Source: Selaginella moellendorffii (taxonomy: Eukaryota; Plantae; Lycopodiophyta). From it: 64,000 nucleotides of DNA. The translations under genes were made by a program, and so were the position numbers. The notes beneath the pieces are model-generated. The model searched no databases, had not been told where the DNA came from, and saw nothing but the letters and a program-made list of their open reading frames with translations. The stretch lies in the NCBI RefSeq assembly GCF_000143415.4, contig NW_003314264.1:2861710-2925709 (forward strand). Direction: 5' to 3'. Positions 1 to 12,722 of this stretch are shown here, one piece after another (positions within the stretch are counted from its first letter, which is position 1; each line of letters starts with the position of its first letter).

Positions 1-1656
1 TCTTTGCCAAGGCAAACGCGAGGCCCTGCCTGTGAGAGGAGAGGTTTTAAGATTTAAGATGGCTATAGCGAAGATTTCAAGAACCTGGAATGCTGTGAAC
101 TTGAAAGGTGACGAGGTGAAATCCCAGTCGGATCCATCGACGGCGCGCCATCTCTCCGGGCGGAAGTCCGCGGCATCGGGCCCCCACAGTGATTCCATCC
201 GGCCCATGCAGTATGGCACGTAAGACACGATCTCGCCTCTTCGGACGCGCGTGCCATCCGGAAGAACGTCGTCGCTGGCGACGCCTTTAAAGTTCTGGAG
301 GTCATAGTTAAAAAACGAGATTCTGAAGCAACTTTACGTACCAGTGGCACGGACGGATAGAGGCGCAGGGTCTCGTTTACTGCGGCGTGGAGGTAGGGGA
401 GCTTGGCCAGAGCCTCGAGCGTGAGGAGCTTTGCAAAACTTTCCATGAAGCTTGGGTCATCGTCATGGTGTTCGTGTTGCCGGCTGGAGTGATCAAAGTC
501 GAGAAGCTCCGAATGGAGCCTGCCCTGGCAATCGGGGTGAGAGGCAACCATGTAGATGAAATACGAGAGCGTCGCGGCGGTGGTGTCCCTCCCAGCGATG
601 ACGAAGTTGAGGACAATGTCGCGGAGATAAGCGTCGGAGGAACTCTCGTCCAGTAGCATGAATCGCGAAAGAAGATCTTTCTTGCGAGCCTGGAACAAAG
701 AAAGCATTGCATGAAACAGAAGGGCAAAGAGAAAGTTTCTTACGCGAAGATCCTCGTTCTCTTTGGAGAGCTGGATCCTCCTCTTGCGAATGATATTGTA
801 CGTGAATTCGTCGACCGTGGCCAGGTTCTTCGGGAGATCCCGCTCCTCGCCGATTCGCAGCAGCCTCTTGAGCTTCCAGAAAGGATCCGCGAAGCGAAAG
901 GAGACTATGGCGTTGCATCGGTCGAAAGCGGCCGCGAAATCGTTGTGCGGGAGCGTCGAGGAGAGGAGGCCGAGGTGCACGCCAAATCCCAGGTTACAAA
1001 TCGTGTCGAGCGTCATTCGCAGGAAGAGATCCTGTGATCCAAAGAAAGAAATATTTCGCGATTATCTAAGAACAGAGAGCGAGAGGAGATCTTTCTTGCC
1101 TGCATTTCCAGGGAGCTCTGCTTGGACGCTGCGGCACGCACAATCCGGGCGAGCTCCAGCGCGTGATCCCGGAACACGCTGCCGCTCCACTCCCGCAAAA
1201 CCCTGGACGCGAACTCGAAGCTGGCCGTCTTGCGCTGGCTCTTCCACGCCGCGCCATCGGCGTTGAAGATCCCGCCGCCCAGCAGCGGCTGGAATTTCTC
1301 CCGGAAGCGCTCGCCCTGCAATCATTCACGCACTCCCTCCATTTGGAGATCATATAAGATACCTTTGGGAAGTTCTGGAATCTTGTCTTGAGAATGTACT
1401 CTACATTGGCTGGATCCACCGTGAAGACGTAGGACTGGCCAGGAATCCACAGTGGCACGGTGCTCGTGCCCTGGCTCTGGAATTTCTGCAGGAGCAAGTC
1501 GAAGATCCGGTGGTAATTGGCTAGAACTTCCACCGTGTGGCCAATCAGTGGCAATCCTCCATCGCGTCCTCCACCTCGCGAGAAGCGGTGGATTGAGAGC
1601 AGCGCTAGCACCAGCAGCAGCAATCCCAGTAGGATTTCCAGCTCCAACATTTCCAT
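1..1656 (-). CDS. Cytochrome P450, CYP704 family (CYP86 clan); multi-exon, 3' end runs off the window
   Basis: ATG at 1656 with a hydrophobic anchor. Motifs across GT-AG introns: GGGIFNADG..WKSQRKTASFEF, I-helix AGRDTT, ETLRLYP, and heme signature FQ|AGPRVCLGK at ~1-90. Confidence 0.9.
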
Positions 1657-2818
1657 TTTTTTCGCCTTGTCCTTGGCTCACGTTCTTTTCCAGGATATCA
1701 GTATACTGGCGAAGCCTAATGAAGTTTTTGTCTGATTTCTTTGCACAATGCTGGACAATTGATGTCAAGATTTCATTTCCCACCATGGTTGTCCTGATTG
1801 CAACAATCTGGAATTGGACCGGACGATTATTCCATGCAAAGTAAAAAGAGGGGAAGGATTAAAAGAAAGTCATGCCCAGCAGTCCAGATCTCACCATTTC
1901 TAGCACCTCACCACTCTCAAGTTTTCGATGCCTATGCCCACGGTGTTGTCACGCCTAAATCACCCAGATCTGCCATACACAATACACGGCATCGTATAAG
2001 GGACACACTTACTTGAATCACCCGTAGACTTAGCAATAGAAGTACGTCACAGCAAAACCTCCCAGAATGAGTTTTCTCTAGCCACAGTAAATCTCGTTCG
2101 GATCGTTAAGATTCTCATCACATTCATGAGACAGGTAGCAAGCATATTGCACTGCTAAGTTGCATTACTCAGGAATGCTTGAATTTGAACCTATTTGAAT
2201 TTGAAACTTACGTTCTTTCTACTGCTGCCAACTGTTAGATACAACCCTAGAGCCAGGGCTGTGAGTCCCAGGTCGCCAAGGAACTCGTTCGCCTTCTCAC
2301 TCACTGCCAAGCAGCAGCAAGTGTCCGGATCTGCGCAGCTCCAGCTGCCTGCCATGAGGAATCAAGAGAGCGAGCGATAATATGCCGAGGAGAGAGCCTC
2401 GGCCGTGCATGTAAGTGCCGCATTCCCCACTTCTCTCCTAGCTGTGTCAGTCTCACAAAGCTTGAATGTTTTGGGAGCAACCTTTTGTACCAGTAAGAAT
2501 CATATTCCCTTCGTTAAGGGAGAAAAGAATGCTGTCCTTTACCGGTGACTGAGTCATAAACAAGTCTCAGCTTACCTTTTTGAGTGAAAATGTCAAACCC
2601 AAAATTGAGAAACAAAGTGTACGAGCAATGGATAGACTTGCATGGCAGAAAACAATTGTTGCATGGCCACAGCTCATTTGCCCGCCATGTGGTCCCGAAC
2701 CTAAAATAGAGTGGTCTTCGTTTTTATTTCATTATTATAGTTCTATTCAAAAGCATTTCTTAGGATTATCAAAGGAAACACCATATTTATTTTATGGCAA
2801 CCACAGTACTGCTTCTGC

Positions 2819-3297
2819 TCAACCTTGCACTGGCTTAGGGCAAGTGCACGTCTCGCAGCTGCAGGTCCTGCCGCACTTGCAGAATGGCTCGCCGGATGCC
2901 GTCATCTTGGCGCAGGTACACGTCTCGCAGTTGCAATTTGCGCCGCACTCACAAAACACCCCCTCGTGACCACTGAAAGAAGAAACACAGGAACCCAAAT
3001 GGAACAAAATAAATGCAAGAATTATAAAAGATCAAACTTTTGAATCCAAGAAACCCTTCCAAGAATAATTCAAGGGATTATCTCAACTTACCCTCGTCCG
3101 GTTGCGGAAGTTGCACCACCACTGGCCGCAGTGGCAGCACATCTGCAAGAATCGGAAACCACCATCAAATTAGCAAAAACGGATATAGATTTGCAAAAGA
3201 AGTCAAGGGAATCTTACTTGCAATCGTCCCCGCAGGGGCAGGGAGACCCGGAAGCGCAACCGGCAGTGCAGTCACAGGTGTTGACAGTGGTGGCCAT
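2819..3297 (-). CDS. Metallothionein, Ec/type-4-like, three Cys clusters, 94 aa; exons 3297-3218, 3142-3092, 2972-2819
   Basis: Canonical splicing gives MATTVNTCDCTAGCASGSPCPCGDDCKCAATAASGGATSATGRGGHEGVFCECGANCNCETCTCAKMTASGEPFCKCGRTCSCETCTCPKPVQG* (19 Cys, arranged 7/6/6). Confidence 0.88.
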
Positions 3298-3387
3298 CAC
3301 GCAGATCAAACAAAGAAAAAGAAAAGAGAGAGGAAAAAGAGACTGCGAGAGAGATGGATCGAGTGATTCGTTTCAAACGAGCCCTCC

Positions 3388-3429
3388 ATTTTATAAAACA
3401 ACCCCATGCAAATGGAGAGCCCGCGTGGC
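3388..3429 (-). promoter_or_regulatory. Metallothionein proximal promoter: TATA box, RY core and ABRE/CE3-like element
   Basis: TTTTATAAAA at ~3388-3398, CATGCA at 3405-3410 and CCGCGTGGC at 3421-3429, all within ~130 bp of the ATG. Confidence 0.5.
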
Positions 3430-3519
3430 GCGCGCAGCCACCGCCAATTGTCCGATTCCTTCTTTTTTTGGAGCTAACCCTCAAAACAAGTATATAAGCT
3501 TCTGTGCATTGTTTGGTTT

Positions 3520-5757
3520 CTATCTTTCGGACGCTGTGACGCAAAGGCCGTTTGCCATGGAGAGAATTGCCATCATGCGGTACTTGACTTGGTGGCCCGG
3601 GACGAGCTCGAAGCGGAAGAATCGGCAGAGCGTCGCGGCGGTCATCTTCATCTGGAGATAAGCACTGTCCTTTCCAAGGCAAATTCGAGGACCCGCCTGC
3701 ACGAACAAAACGAAAACACGACGAGAGTTTAGATATCCTTTCCTGTTGAAACGATCAAGAGCTGCTAGTGTGTGGAAGGAATAAGAAGAACACGGAACAC
3801 GAGAGAGAGGAAGTGGCAGACCCCACGCCAAGAATATGATCAAAGGACCAAGAAGAGATCAAAGAACTTTAGCATCGAACTTTCGCTTCCCTTTTTTTTT
3901 TTACTCTCTCGCAGCAGCTCAGGAAAGGAAGGAAAGTTTCCACACCACTCGCATGCTTCTCAGAGAGCACTGAAAGGAGGGAGTACCTGGAATGCGGTGA
4001 ATTTGAATGGCGAGACGGGCTGGAAGACTCCGTCCTTGGAGAGCCATCTCTCGGGCTTGTACTCGCGAGCGTCTTCTCCCCAGAGAGACTCCATCCGTCC
4101 CATGCACCACGGAACAAAGTTGATCTGGTCCCCGGCTTTCACTTTCTTTCCGTCTGGAAGTGTATCGTCGGCCAGCACGCCTTTAATGTCCTGGGACACA
4201 CACACACACACAAAGGTGGTCACAGTTAGGTGCACGCTATACAAACAGTCATACATCTACCAAAATAAGTGCTTGCCAAACTGATTAACGCAAAGGAAAG
4301 AGAGAGACGAAGACAAGAACAAAGGAGAAAAGTTTACCTCTGGCACGGCTGGGAATAGCCGGAGTGTCTCGGTGATGGCCGCGTGAAGGTAGGCCAGCTT
4401 TGCCAAAGAGTCATACGTCAGGAGCTTGGCGAAGCTTGAAATTTGAGACCCGGTCGTAGTGTCTTCGCTGGCTTTAATTGCTGCCGTTGACATCTCCTCG
4501 GTCTCTAGCTTGCACAGCTCCGCGTAGATCTTGTCCCCGCAGTCTGGATGAGTGGCCAGCATGTAGACAAACCACGAGAGCGTAACAGCGGTGGTATCGC
4601 GGCCGGCGATGACAAAATTCAGCACAATGTCGCGCAATGTCTTGTCGTTGATCTGGTTCTTAGGATCGTCACTGAGCAGCATAAATCGAGATAGAATGTC
4701 TGCCTTCTTCTGCAAAACAGCAGAGAGCGCGTCAGCAACAAGTCACGAAACCGAGTTCCTCTTCATTCCTCAAATTCCTCGAAGAGGAAAAATTCGTCTT
4801 ACTTCGTCTGCGCACTTTCCCTGTAGCTCAGCGCGCCTTGTCTTTATCACGTTGTATGTGAAGTCGTCTACAATCTTGGCATTCTTTGCGAGCTGAGCCT
4901 CGCGGCCGAGTTTAAGAAGGCTGCCGACCTTCCAGAAGGGATCGACGAACCTGTTGGTGACCCAAGCGTTGGCGTTGTCGAACGCTATCGCAAATTTGTT
5001 CTCCGGCAGGGAAGCGGACAGCGTTCCAATCTCCACTCCAAATCCTAGCTTGCAAATCGAATCCAGTGTCATCCGCATGAACAAGTCCTGCGCACGTGTA
5101 TCGCTTGAATCAGCACAAAGAAGATTAGAGCGAGACGAAGTCACCTGCATATCGAAGCTTTGTCCTCTGCTCGTGCACCCCGATACGATATCCGCCAGTT
5201 TGACGGCGTAGTCTCTAAACACCACCGTGCTGAAGTCCCTCAGAATTTTGGAGGCGAACTCAAAGCTTGCGGTCTTCCTCTGCCGTTTCCACACCTCGCC
5301 ATCCGAGTTGAATATCCCGTCTCCGAGAAGCACTTCCATGATATCGTGAAATTTGTCACCCTGCAAAGAAAATTCTGAGAGCTCGGAAAAGAAACCGCGG
5401 CGCATCCATTACCTTGGGATAGTTCGCGAAGTTGTTCTTGAGAATGTGCTCCACCACGTCGGGGTCGACTGTGTAGTAGTAGTCGAAGGTCGGCATTGGC
5501 GCTCTGAATGTCTTGGAATTGTAGAGCGTCTCGTTGCGCAAGAACTTTTCGAGTAGGAAATCGTGCATGTGATCATAGTGCTTAGCCAGTTGCAACGAAG
5601 AACCGAAGATAGGAAAAATCGTGAGGAAGGAAGGATATTTTCTTCGTTGTGCGTAGATTGCCAAAAACCAGCCCAGCGTCGCTACTAGAAACACGGCCGT
5701 AAGTCCCCAGCTCGAGCTAAAGCTTGAATTCATGTCGCTGCTTGCTGTGGACGACAT
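3520..5757 (-). CDS. CYP704B: CYP704B-like long-chain fatty acid omega-hydroxylase (sporopollenin/cutin type), multi-exon
   Basis: LLGDGIFNSDGEVWKRQRKTASFEF, AGRDTT, ETLRLFP, KPERW, FQ|AGPRICLGKDSAYLQMKM. The C-terminus VKYRMMAILSMANGL closely resembles the CYP704B1 terminus. Confidence 0.88.
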
Positions 5758-6878
5758 AGCGGTGCTGAGCCGCGCCCCAAACAAGACCTTTCCCGCTGAA
5801 GAAGAGCAGAGGAGCACGCCAAGTTGAAGGAGAAGTCGTCGAGCCTTTTGAAAATTGTCCAATCGTTTCGCAGCTCTGTTTATGCTGAAACTTTTTCTCG
5901 AGGACGAAGACGTTGTGCGTGATATCGTTCCCCGGGCAGCGGATTAAGCGTCTTAAGCAGAAGTGGTCAGAAGAAGCGGTACCCACACCAAAAGAATTGC
6001 TACAGCGGGCGTGATTATAAAAATAATTCTTTGGAAGATCATACGAGAAGCACCTGGCGAGGATAAGTAATAAGCAGCTGAAAGAGCACTAGACACCGAC
6101 CTGCATATGAGTTTTAGTTCCCGAAGTGTTTGAACTCTACCAAGAACAAGCTTGAAAGCTGAAGTTGCGATTGCATACCTCGTCCCTAAAATATATATAT
6201 GGGTTCCCGTCCGCCCGCATTACATATATTCAACTTTGGTGGACTTCCTGCAAAGAAGCCTGCCTTTGGGGGTGGGCATGGTGCCAGACGACTGAGAACA
6301 CTTTGAACCGTGAAGCGCCTGTTTGAAAGAGCGGTAGAAATTTTTGCTGTATATAAAAAAGAAAGTGAGTCGGGTGACATATCAATTTTGGGATTAAAAA
6401 CACCTACCTTATTGACTATGGAGTGGATCTGATCCTTCGAAACTGATCAAAGGATCAAAGGTCTACACGATGGTCCTCAAAAACATCCTTGCACGGAATT
6501 AAAACCGGAGCGAAGGTCAACGTTGTGCCAAGTTTCTTCCTTCGCGATGCTTCATAGAATCGGAGCATTGATGGCACATATATCTACCAGCGAAATTTGA
6601 TTTTTGTCTTCGAGCCGATTTGTTTGTTTCTTGAAACGATCGCGGAGACGTTGACGGCCAGCCTCGGTCCACCATAGTTAAGTTGATATGAACAAATACC
6701 AAAGTCTCTCTTCCCGCATCAAGTTACAGTCCTGCAAGTCGCAACTTCCTCTTTCGAGAAAGAGTGGTCTCGAGTGAGTTATACGCTGTATGACAAAGTA
6801 ACGATGTCAGCAAGTGTTTGAGAACCGAGATTATACCTTTCGGCTTGACGCCTGGAGATTCCGCCAACGAAGCTCACT

Positions 6879-6909
6879 TGCATGCCGATACGTGTCGCAG
6901 CGGTTTACC

Positions 6910-6942
<33 letters not shown>
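6879..6942 (+). promoter_or_regulatory. Em promoter: RY core + ABRE, followed by a (GA)n tract
   Basis: TGCATG at 6879-6884, ACGTGTC at 6890-6896, and ~15 GA units at 6913-6942, directly upstream of the ATG at 6973. Confidence 0.6.
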
Positions 6943-6946
<4 letters not shown>

Positions 6947-6972
6947 CTTGTATTCTCCAGGTCTGAAAGAGG

Positions 6973-7185
6973 ATGTCGACGGCGCAGCAGGAAACCAAGA
7001 AAGGCTCGGATGCGGGGGCTCCAGTTGATCAGGATGCCTCCAGGGAAGAACTGAAGAAAAGGAGCGAACAAGGTGAGACGGTGATCAAGGGAGGAACCGG
7101 TGGCAAGTCGCTGGAAGCTCAGGAAAATCTCGCCAAAGGCCGCAGTAAAGGTGGGCAGTCCGGTCAAACACCCGTGGGAAGTTGA
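6973..7185 (+). CDS. Em-like / group 1 LEA small hydrophilic protein (short form)
   Basis: REELKKRSEQGETVIKGGTGGKSLEAQENLAKGRSKGGQ matches the Em N-terminal signature GETVVPGGTGGKSLEAQE.LAEGRS.GGQ. Confidence 0.88.
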   Translation: MSTAQQETKKGSDAGAPVDQDASREELKKRSEQGETVIKGGTGGKSLEAQENLAKGRSKGGQSGQTPVGS

Positions 7186-7675
7186 AGAACTTGGTGAAAA
7201 AGCTTATTTAGCATGTGTTGTTTCTGTTGTAGTTTGTTTTAAATCTGTGAAAAAGAGAGAAGCACCTTTTAGTTTCGAAGAAGTTTGAACCGTATGATCT
7301 ACTTTTTACTTGATCTCAAACTTTTGGCTTCCGATGCAACGGCACAAGATAAAACAAACTATGGCAGATGGGCCGCTTACGTCTCCAAAGTGGCCCCAGT
7401 TGCTAAAGTTTCTTTTCTTGAAAGAAAACTGCTTGTACCTGGAGGCCAGCGCTGATTGATTGCCTCAAGTCCTTTAACGCATCACAAGCACCACTGCACC
7501 GTGGTTGCCAGCTTTTGAAGGCTAGAACGAATCTTTCCTGCAAAAAACTTCAGTAGATAAGGTCCAAGTATCCCACCTCGGCATCTAGGATCCTCCAAGC
7601 GCTTGCTCTTCTGATGTATCAGGTATGAATGCTGATTTCCTGATCCATCAGGAGTTAGAAACACCAATCCCAATA

Positions 7676-9103
7676 ATGGTGGAGGAAGAGCTGACCTGGA
7701 AAGAGCCCGTCCAAAGAGTGCAAGCACTTGCAGAGAAAGGTCTCAAGGAAGTTCCTCCATCCTATATACGGCCTGTATCAGAGCGCCCCTTTCTGGATAA
7801 GCAGATCCATCTCGGTGACGATGGTTCAATCCCGGTTATTGATTTCTCTGGCCTGGAAGATCACCGAAGAGAGGATACCATGGATCAAATCTCGCGTGCC
7901 TGTGAGGAATGGGGGTTCTTCCAGCTGATCAACCACTGTGTTCCTGTACCCGTCATGGACCGCACCGTTGCAGCAGCCAGAGAGTTCTTCGATCTTCCAC
8001 TCGAGGAGAAACAGGTATATGCTAACAAGCCTTGGTCGTTGGTAGGCTACGGGAGCCGCATAGGAGTGACGGAGGGAGCCATCCTCGACTGGGGCGATTA
8101 CTTTCTCCATTATCTCTGGCCTCTGGACAAGCGAGACGTTGATCAGGAATGGCCTAGAAAACCAGCTTCATACGTGTAAGTGCTTCACCCTGTTCATGCT
8201 TTGGAAGAAAAAAAAGAATGACACTTACCAGCATTTGAGTCCAAAGTGGTCCATTTGGTTGCCATCTCTCAGCACCAAAAATTCAATCATCCTTTCTCGA
8301 ATTCCAGCTATAAACATCAGGCGCCTCATAGCTTTAGCCACAAAGATTGCCGGAAATTTAGCAAAACACTTACTTGGATCTTTCCTTTGCTGCGCAGGGA
8401 GACCCTTGACGAATACACTCACGCGCTCCACAATCTTTGTAGCCGCTTGCTGGAAGCTCTATCCGAGAGCCTAGGGCTGCGAAAGGATTACATTGGCGAG
8501 ATCTTTGGCTGGCCGGACACAAACCTGGTGCTGCGCATCAACTACTACCCGCCGTGCCCGTCGCCAGATCTCACGCTTGGCGTCGGCTCTCACTCCGACG
8601 GCGGTGTCATCACATTCCTCCTCCACGACAACGTCCCCGGCCTCCAGGTTATCTTAAACCCTAAACTTGAGTTTTGGCGCCAAAAGCAGTCTTTTAAAAA
8701 TTTGGGGGAATTTTTCTCTTCCAGGTTCGCAAGGGAGATCGCTGGCTGCTGCTGGAGCCGATCCCCAACGCGATCGTGGTGAACATCGCGGACCAATTGC
8801 AGGTGTGATCCACGATTCCTAGCGAAATTTTGAGGGATTTCAGCGACATTTTCCTGCCAGATTCTCAGCAATGGGCGATTCAAGAGCGTGGAGCATCGCG
8901 TAGCGGTGAACAAGGACACCGTGCGAATGTCCCTGGCGACGTTTTGCAATCCAGATGTGGACACGATCATCGCTCCCGCTGAGGATCTCGTGAACGATGA
9001 TAATCCCGTGCTCTACAGAGCCATGACCTATGGCGAATTTCTGGAGTCGCTCTGTAGGGATGGATTGAAAGGGAAGGACTATGTGGAGTCCTTCCGGAGA
9101 TGA
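7676..9103 (+). CDS. 2-oxoglutarate/Fe(II) dioxygenase (DOXC), JOX/JAO-like, 4 exons
   Basis: W.EP..RVQ.L, ACEEWGFFQ, GYGSRIGV.EGAILDW.DY, NYYPPCP, HSD, EHR and RMS motifs; introns at ~8179-8397, 8649-8725 and 8803-8860. Confidence 0.88.
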
Positions 9104-9301
9104 GAGTGTTAGTTGGTTTTGTGTGTTTTGTGTTAAGGCTTAAGAGGGCGGTGGTTCGAAACTCTACATCATCATATTTTCGTTGCGAACGGAGGTTCGA
9201 ATCTCACCTTTGACACTGAGAATCTAATTTTGTTTTGGCTGGATATTCCATTTTTATTTTGCTCGAGGGGAGGAAGGAGAAAGGGTTCGCCCGGAGCGGC
9301 G

Positions 9302-12300
9302 ATGGATCCTTTCGAGAGTTTCTTCCGCCAGGCGGATGTGGACGGCGACGGCAGGATCAGCGGGATGGAAGCTATTGCCTTCTTCCGGGGCGCCGGATTG
9401 CCGCAGATCGTCTTGGCCAAGGTAAGAATTCGCGCTCGCTTTGTCCCGGATTTAGGTCTTTGGAAATGCCTGCATTCTCCGGACGAGCTGGACGATGGTT
9501 TTCCCGGGCGGCTGAATCGATTTCTTTGCGCATTCTTGACAGATCTGGCAGCTCGCGGATCAAGCGCAGCGAGGGTTCCTCACAAAGCCAGAGTTTTTCC
9601 ACGCGTTGAAGCTCGTCACTGTCGCGCAGTCTGGGAGAGAATTAACTCCGGAGATCTCCAGAGCCGCATTGCTAGGGCCAGCGTCTACGCAAATCCCACC
9701 TCCAAGAATAATTCCAGCTCAAGTGCCAGTGTCCTCGCCTTCGCCACCGCCAGCGTATAGGCCACCTTTGCAAAACCAACGAGTAAGTTATACTGGGCAG
9801 CAGCCGGGCCTCACTCCAGAGCCTCCGGCTCGCCCGTTCCAGCCACCACCTCCAGCTCCAGTTGCTACCACCAGCGCCGCCACTCCAGATGCTTTCGGTG
9901 CTCCATCGTTCCAGGCATTCCCGGAAGCTCCAAAGGCTCTGGTCAGCCAAGTTTCCACGTCCTCGATTCTTGGAGCAACCCCGAGCTCGAGCACGACTCC
10001 AACTAGTGTGTCTACTGCTCCAGCGGTTTCTTCGGCTCCAACGTCCTTTGCTGCCGATGGCTTTGGAGGTGAATCATTCAAAGCGTCTCCATCCCCGCGG
10101 CCTGTGCTTCCCGATGACTTTGGAGGTGATTCATTTTTTGCGGATTCTAGCCAGGCAATCGTTCCAGTCGCAACACTTGGTCCTAGCCCGACCGTTGGTC
10201 TCGGTACGGCCATTGTTCCAGTTACAGCGCTAGCCCCGACGCCTCCTCCAACGCCTCCTCCGGTGCAGACTTTCGGCCAACCAGTTGAAGTTCCGAGTTC
10301 TCCTGCAAGGCCTTATGCGCCACCGGTTCAAAATATCCATCATACCTGGCCGAAGATGACACAAGGAGATATCGAACGCTACAGCCAAGCATTTGCCAGT
10401 GTGGACTCTGATAGAGATGGGAAAGTTCGTGGGGATCAAGCGCGGGACGTGTTCTTGAGCTGGGGTCTTCCGAGAGGTAAGTTTGTGTTCTTATTTCAAT
10501 GGAAGTAAAGTGCTTGTTTTTACAGACGTGCTGAAGAAGATATGGGATTTGTCCGACCAAGATGGAGATAGTATGCTGTCTTTAAGAGAATTCTGTATTG
10601 CATTATATTTTATGGAGCGCTATCGAGAAGGTCGACCTCCGCCTTCAGTCTTGCCTGCAGGCTTCTTACCCGAAAATCCATCTCCTTCTCCACAGCAGTT
10701 TGTCCCTACTCCTGTTAGACCTCCTGTTCTTCCTCCACAACGATCTTTGGGACCTGGTGTTCCAGTCATTCCTCAGGAGACAGGTGCGTAGTTCATTGAT
10801 TTTTATTCTAATCTATCTTTCTAAGTTACATCGTTGCAGGTCCAGTGACGCTACCAGGAAGCCAAGGTGCAGGTCTGATGCCTTTGCAAGCAACTGCAGA
10901 TTCTGCTCCAGCTGCGCAAACTATTCAATATAAGTCTAGAGCTCCTCCACTGGAACCGGAGCTTGTAACGCAGCTCAATAGGGACGATCAGGGGAATTTG
11001 AAGTCAAAATATCAGGAGGCGGAAATTTTGGACAGAAAGGTATTGTTTCTTGTATCAACTTGTTTCTTTACATTTCTTTCCTTGTATATAGGTGTTCGAT
11101 CTCGACAAAGACATAAAACACGCTACCGAAATGATCGATTTTTATCGAGCGAAATTGCAAGAAATAGTTGAGACTTTAAAGCTCTACTCGTAGTAAGACT
11201 TACGCGTGTTTTTTCATCTTCTAGATACTGTTCAAAACTAGAACTGATAATCACCTGCTGGAGATCACTGAGAGAGTAGCTTCCGACAAGCGTGAGGTTT
11301 GTAGGTGTGGCCGCACTTGTTTTTGCTCACTGATAGATAAAGTGCAGGTTGAGGCGTTGCGCAAAAAATATGATCAAAAGTTCCAGCAAGCTGGTGAATC
11401 CAACTCGCGGCTTTTAGCTGAAGAGGCTGCATTTCATGATATACAGGTTTAGCTTTCAAGTCGTACATTCTTTTTATACTAATCCCTTTTCACCAGAGAA
11501 GAAAAATGGAACTTTACACCACCATAGCAAAGATCGACCAAAGCGCAAAGAAGGAGGGGCTTCAGGAGCGTGCAGAAGAAATATCTGGCGATTTGAACGA
11601 GCTAAAGACGTTGCTGAATCAACGAGCAAAGAAGCTTGGCTTGCGTGCAAGACCTTCCTCTGCTATGGAGCTGCCATTTGGTAAAATTTTATGCTAGTTA
11701 TTTGGATTTTTAAGACTCTGGCTTTTCCAGGATGGCAGCCAGGTATTCAAGAAAACGCTGTGGATTGGGATGATTGGGACAAATTCGACGATGAAGGTTC
11801 GTGTTCTGCGTGAAGACATAAAGCGTTGAATAATTTGGTTTTATAGGCTTTTCTTATTTTCAACAAGTCGAAGAAACGAAGAAGCCTGCCGAAGAGAAGA
11901 AGGTGGCCGAAGAAAAGAAAGCTGCCGACAAGAAAGCGGAAGATAGTCCTTCAGAAAATGGTTCTACTGAAACTCTCAAGGAGAACCACGTGGAAGAGAA
12001 GAGTCCAGACGCTAACACACTCGAAGAGAAACCGGAAGAAAATGCTCCGGAAAAACCAGAGGAGAAACCAGTAGAACACGAGCAACGTCCTCCTGAAAGG
12101 TAAACATTTTGGATCGTGGTAAGGAGAACTTAACATGTCTTCCTCCAGCAGAAAGAACTCGGTGCCGGACTGGTCGAGCGTGTTTGGCGACGAGCCCGCT
12201 TGGAACTTGAGCCAGGTAAATCTCCTTCGCGAAAACTTACAACAAGCATTCGATCTTTGTTTTCTCCAGGACTTCGGGAAGAATGCTGCTGTGGACGGAC

Positions 12301-12611
12301 AAGTATCCTCGTCGGGAGGTTTCATGGGTCTGAGATCCATCAAAACTTCCACCTCTGCTGCGACGAGCATAGCCGGCGATGCATCAGTCCCAGAGACGCC
12401 GCTCTTCAGCACTCTATCACCTCCGACGCTGGACGATCAACGGAGCGTGAGAGGGGGCGACGAATCCGCCCCCGAGACGCCGCTCTTTAAGTCCCCGGAT
12501 CAACAGGGCAGCCGGAGTTCGTTCGCGAGATTCGACTCGTTCGGCCACCACGGCATTTTTGACGATCCGGGCACCTCGTTCGATGGCACGAACCAGTGGA
12601 GCACATTTTAG
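9302..12611 (+). CDS. EH-domain endocytic adaptor (AtEH/Pan1-like)
   Basis: N-terminal EH domain (DVDGDGRISG..LPQIVLAKIW), Pro-rich linker, second EH domain (DSDRDGK; IWDLSDQDGDSMLSLREFC), coiled coil, ELPFGWQPGIQE.A.DWDDWDKF motif. Confidence 0.88.
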
Positions 12612-12722
12612 GAAAGGTTTTTACCCGCCATTCATTCATGGAATACAGTGAGCTTTTTTGCGTTTAAAAAATTTGACTGTTACAAGTGGGCACGATGGAG
12701 GATTTTAGGGTTCTTCGAGACG

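Noticed and set aside
1700-2450. PPR-like scraps (MQQSGIGPDD) and a GC-rich patch
   Set aside because: Too short and fragmented to support a gene or pseudogene call.
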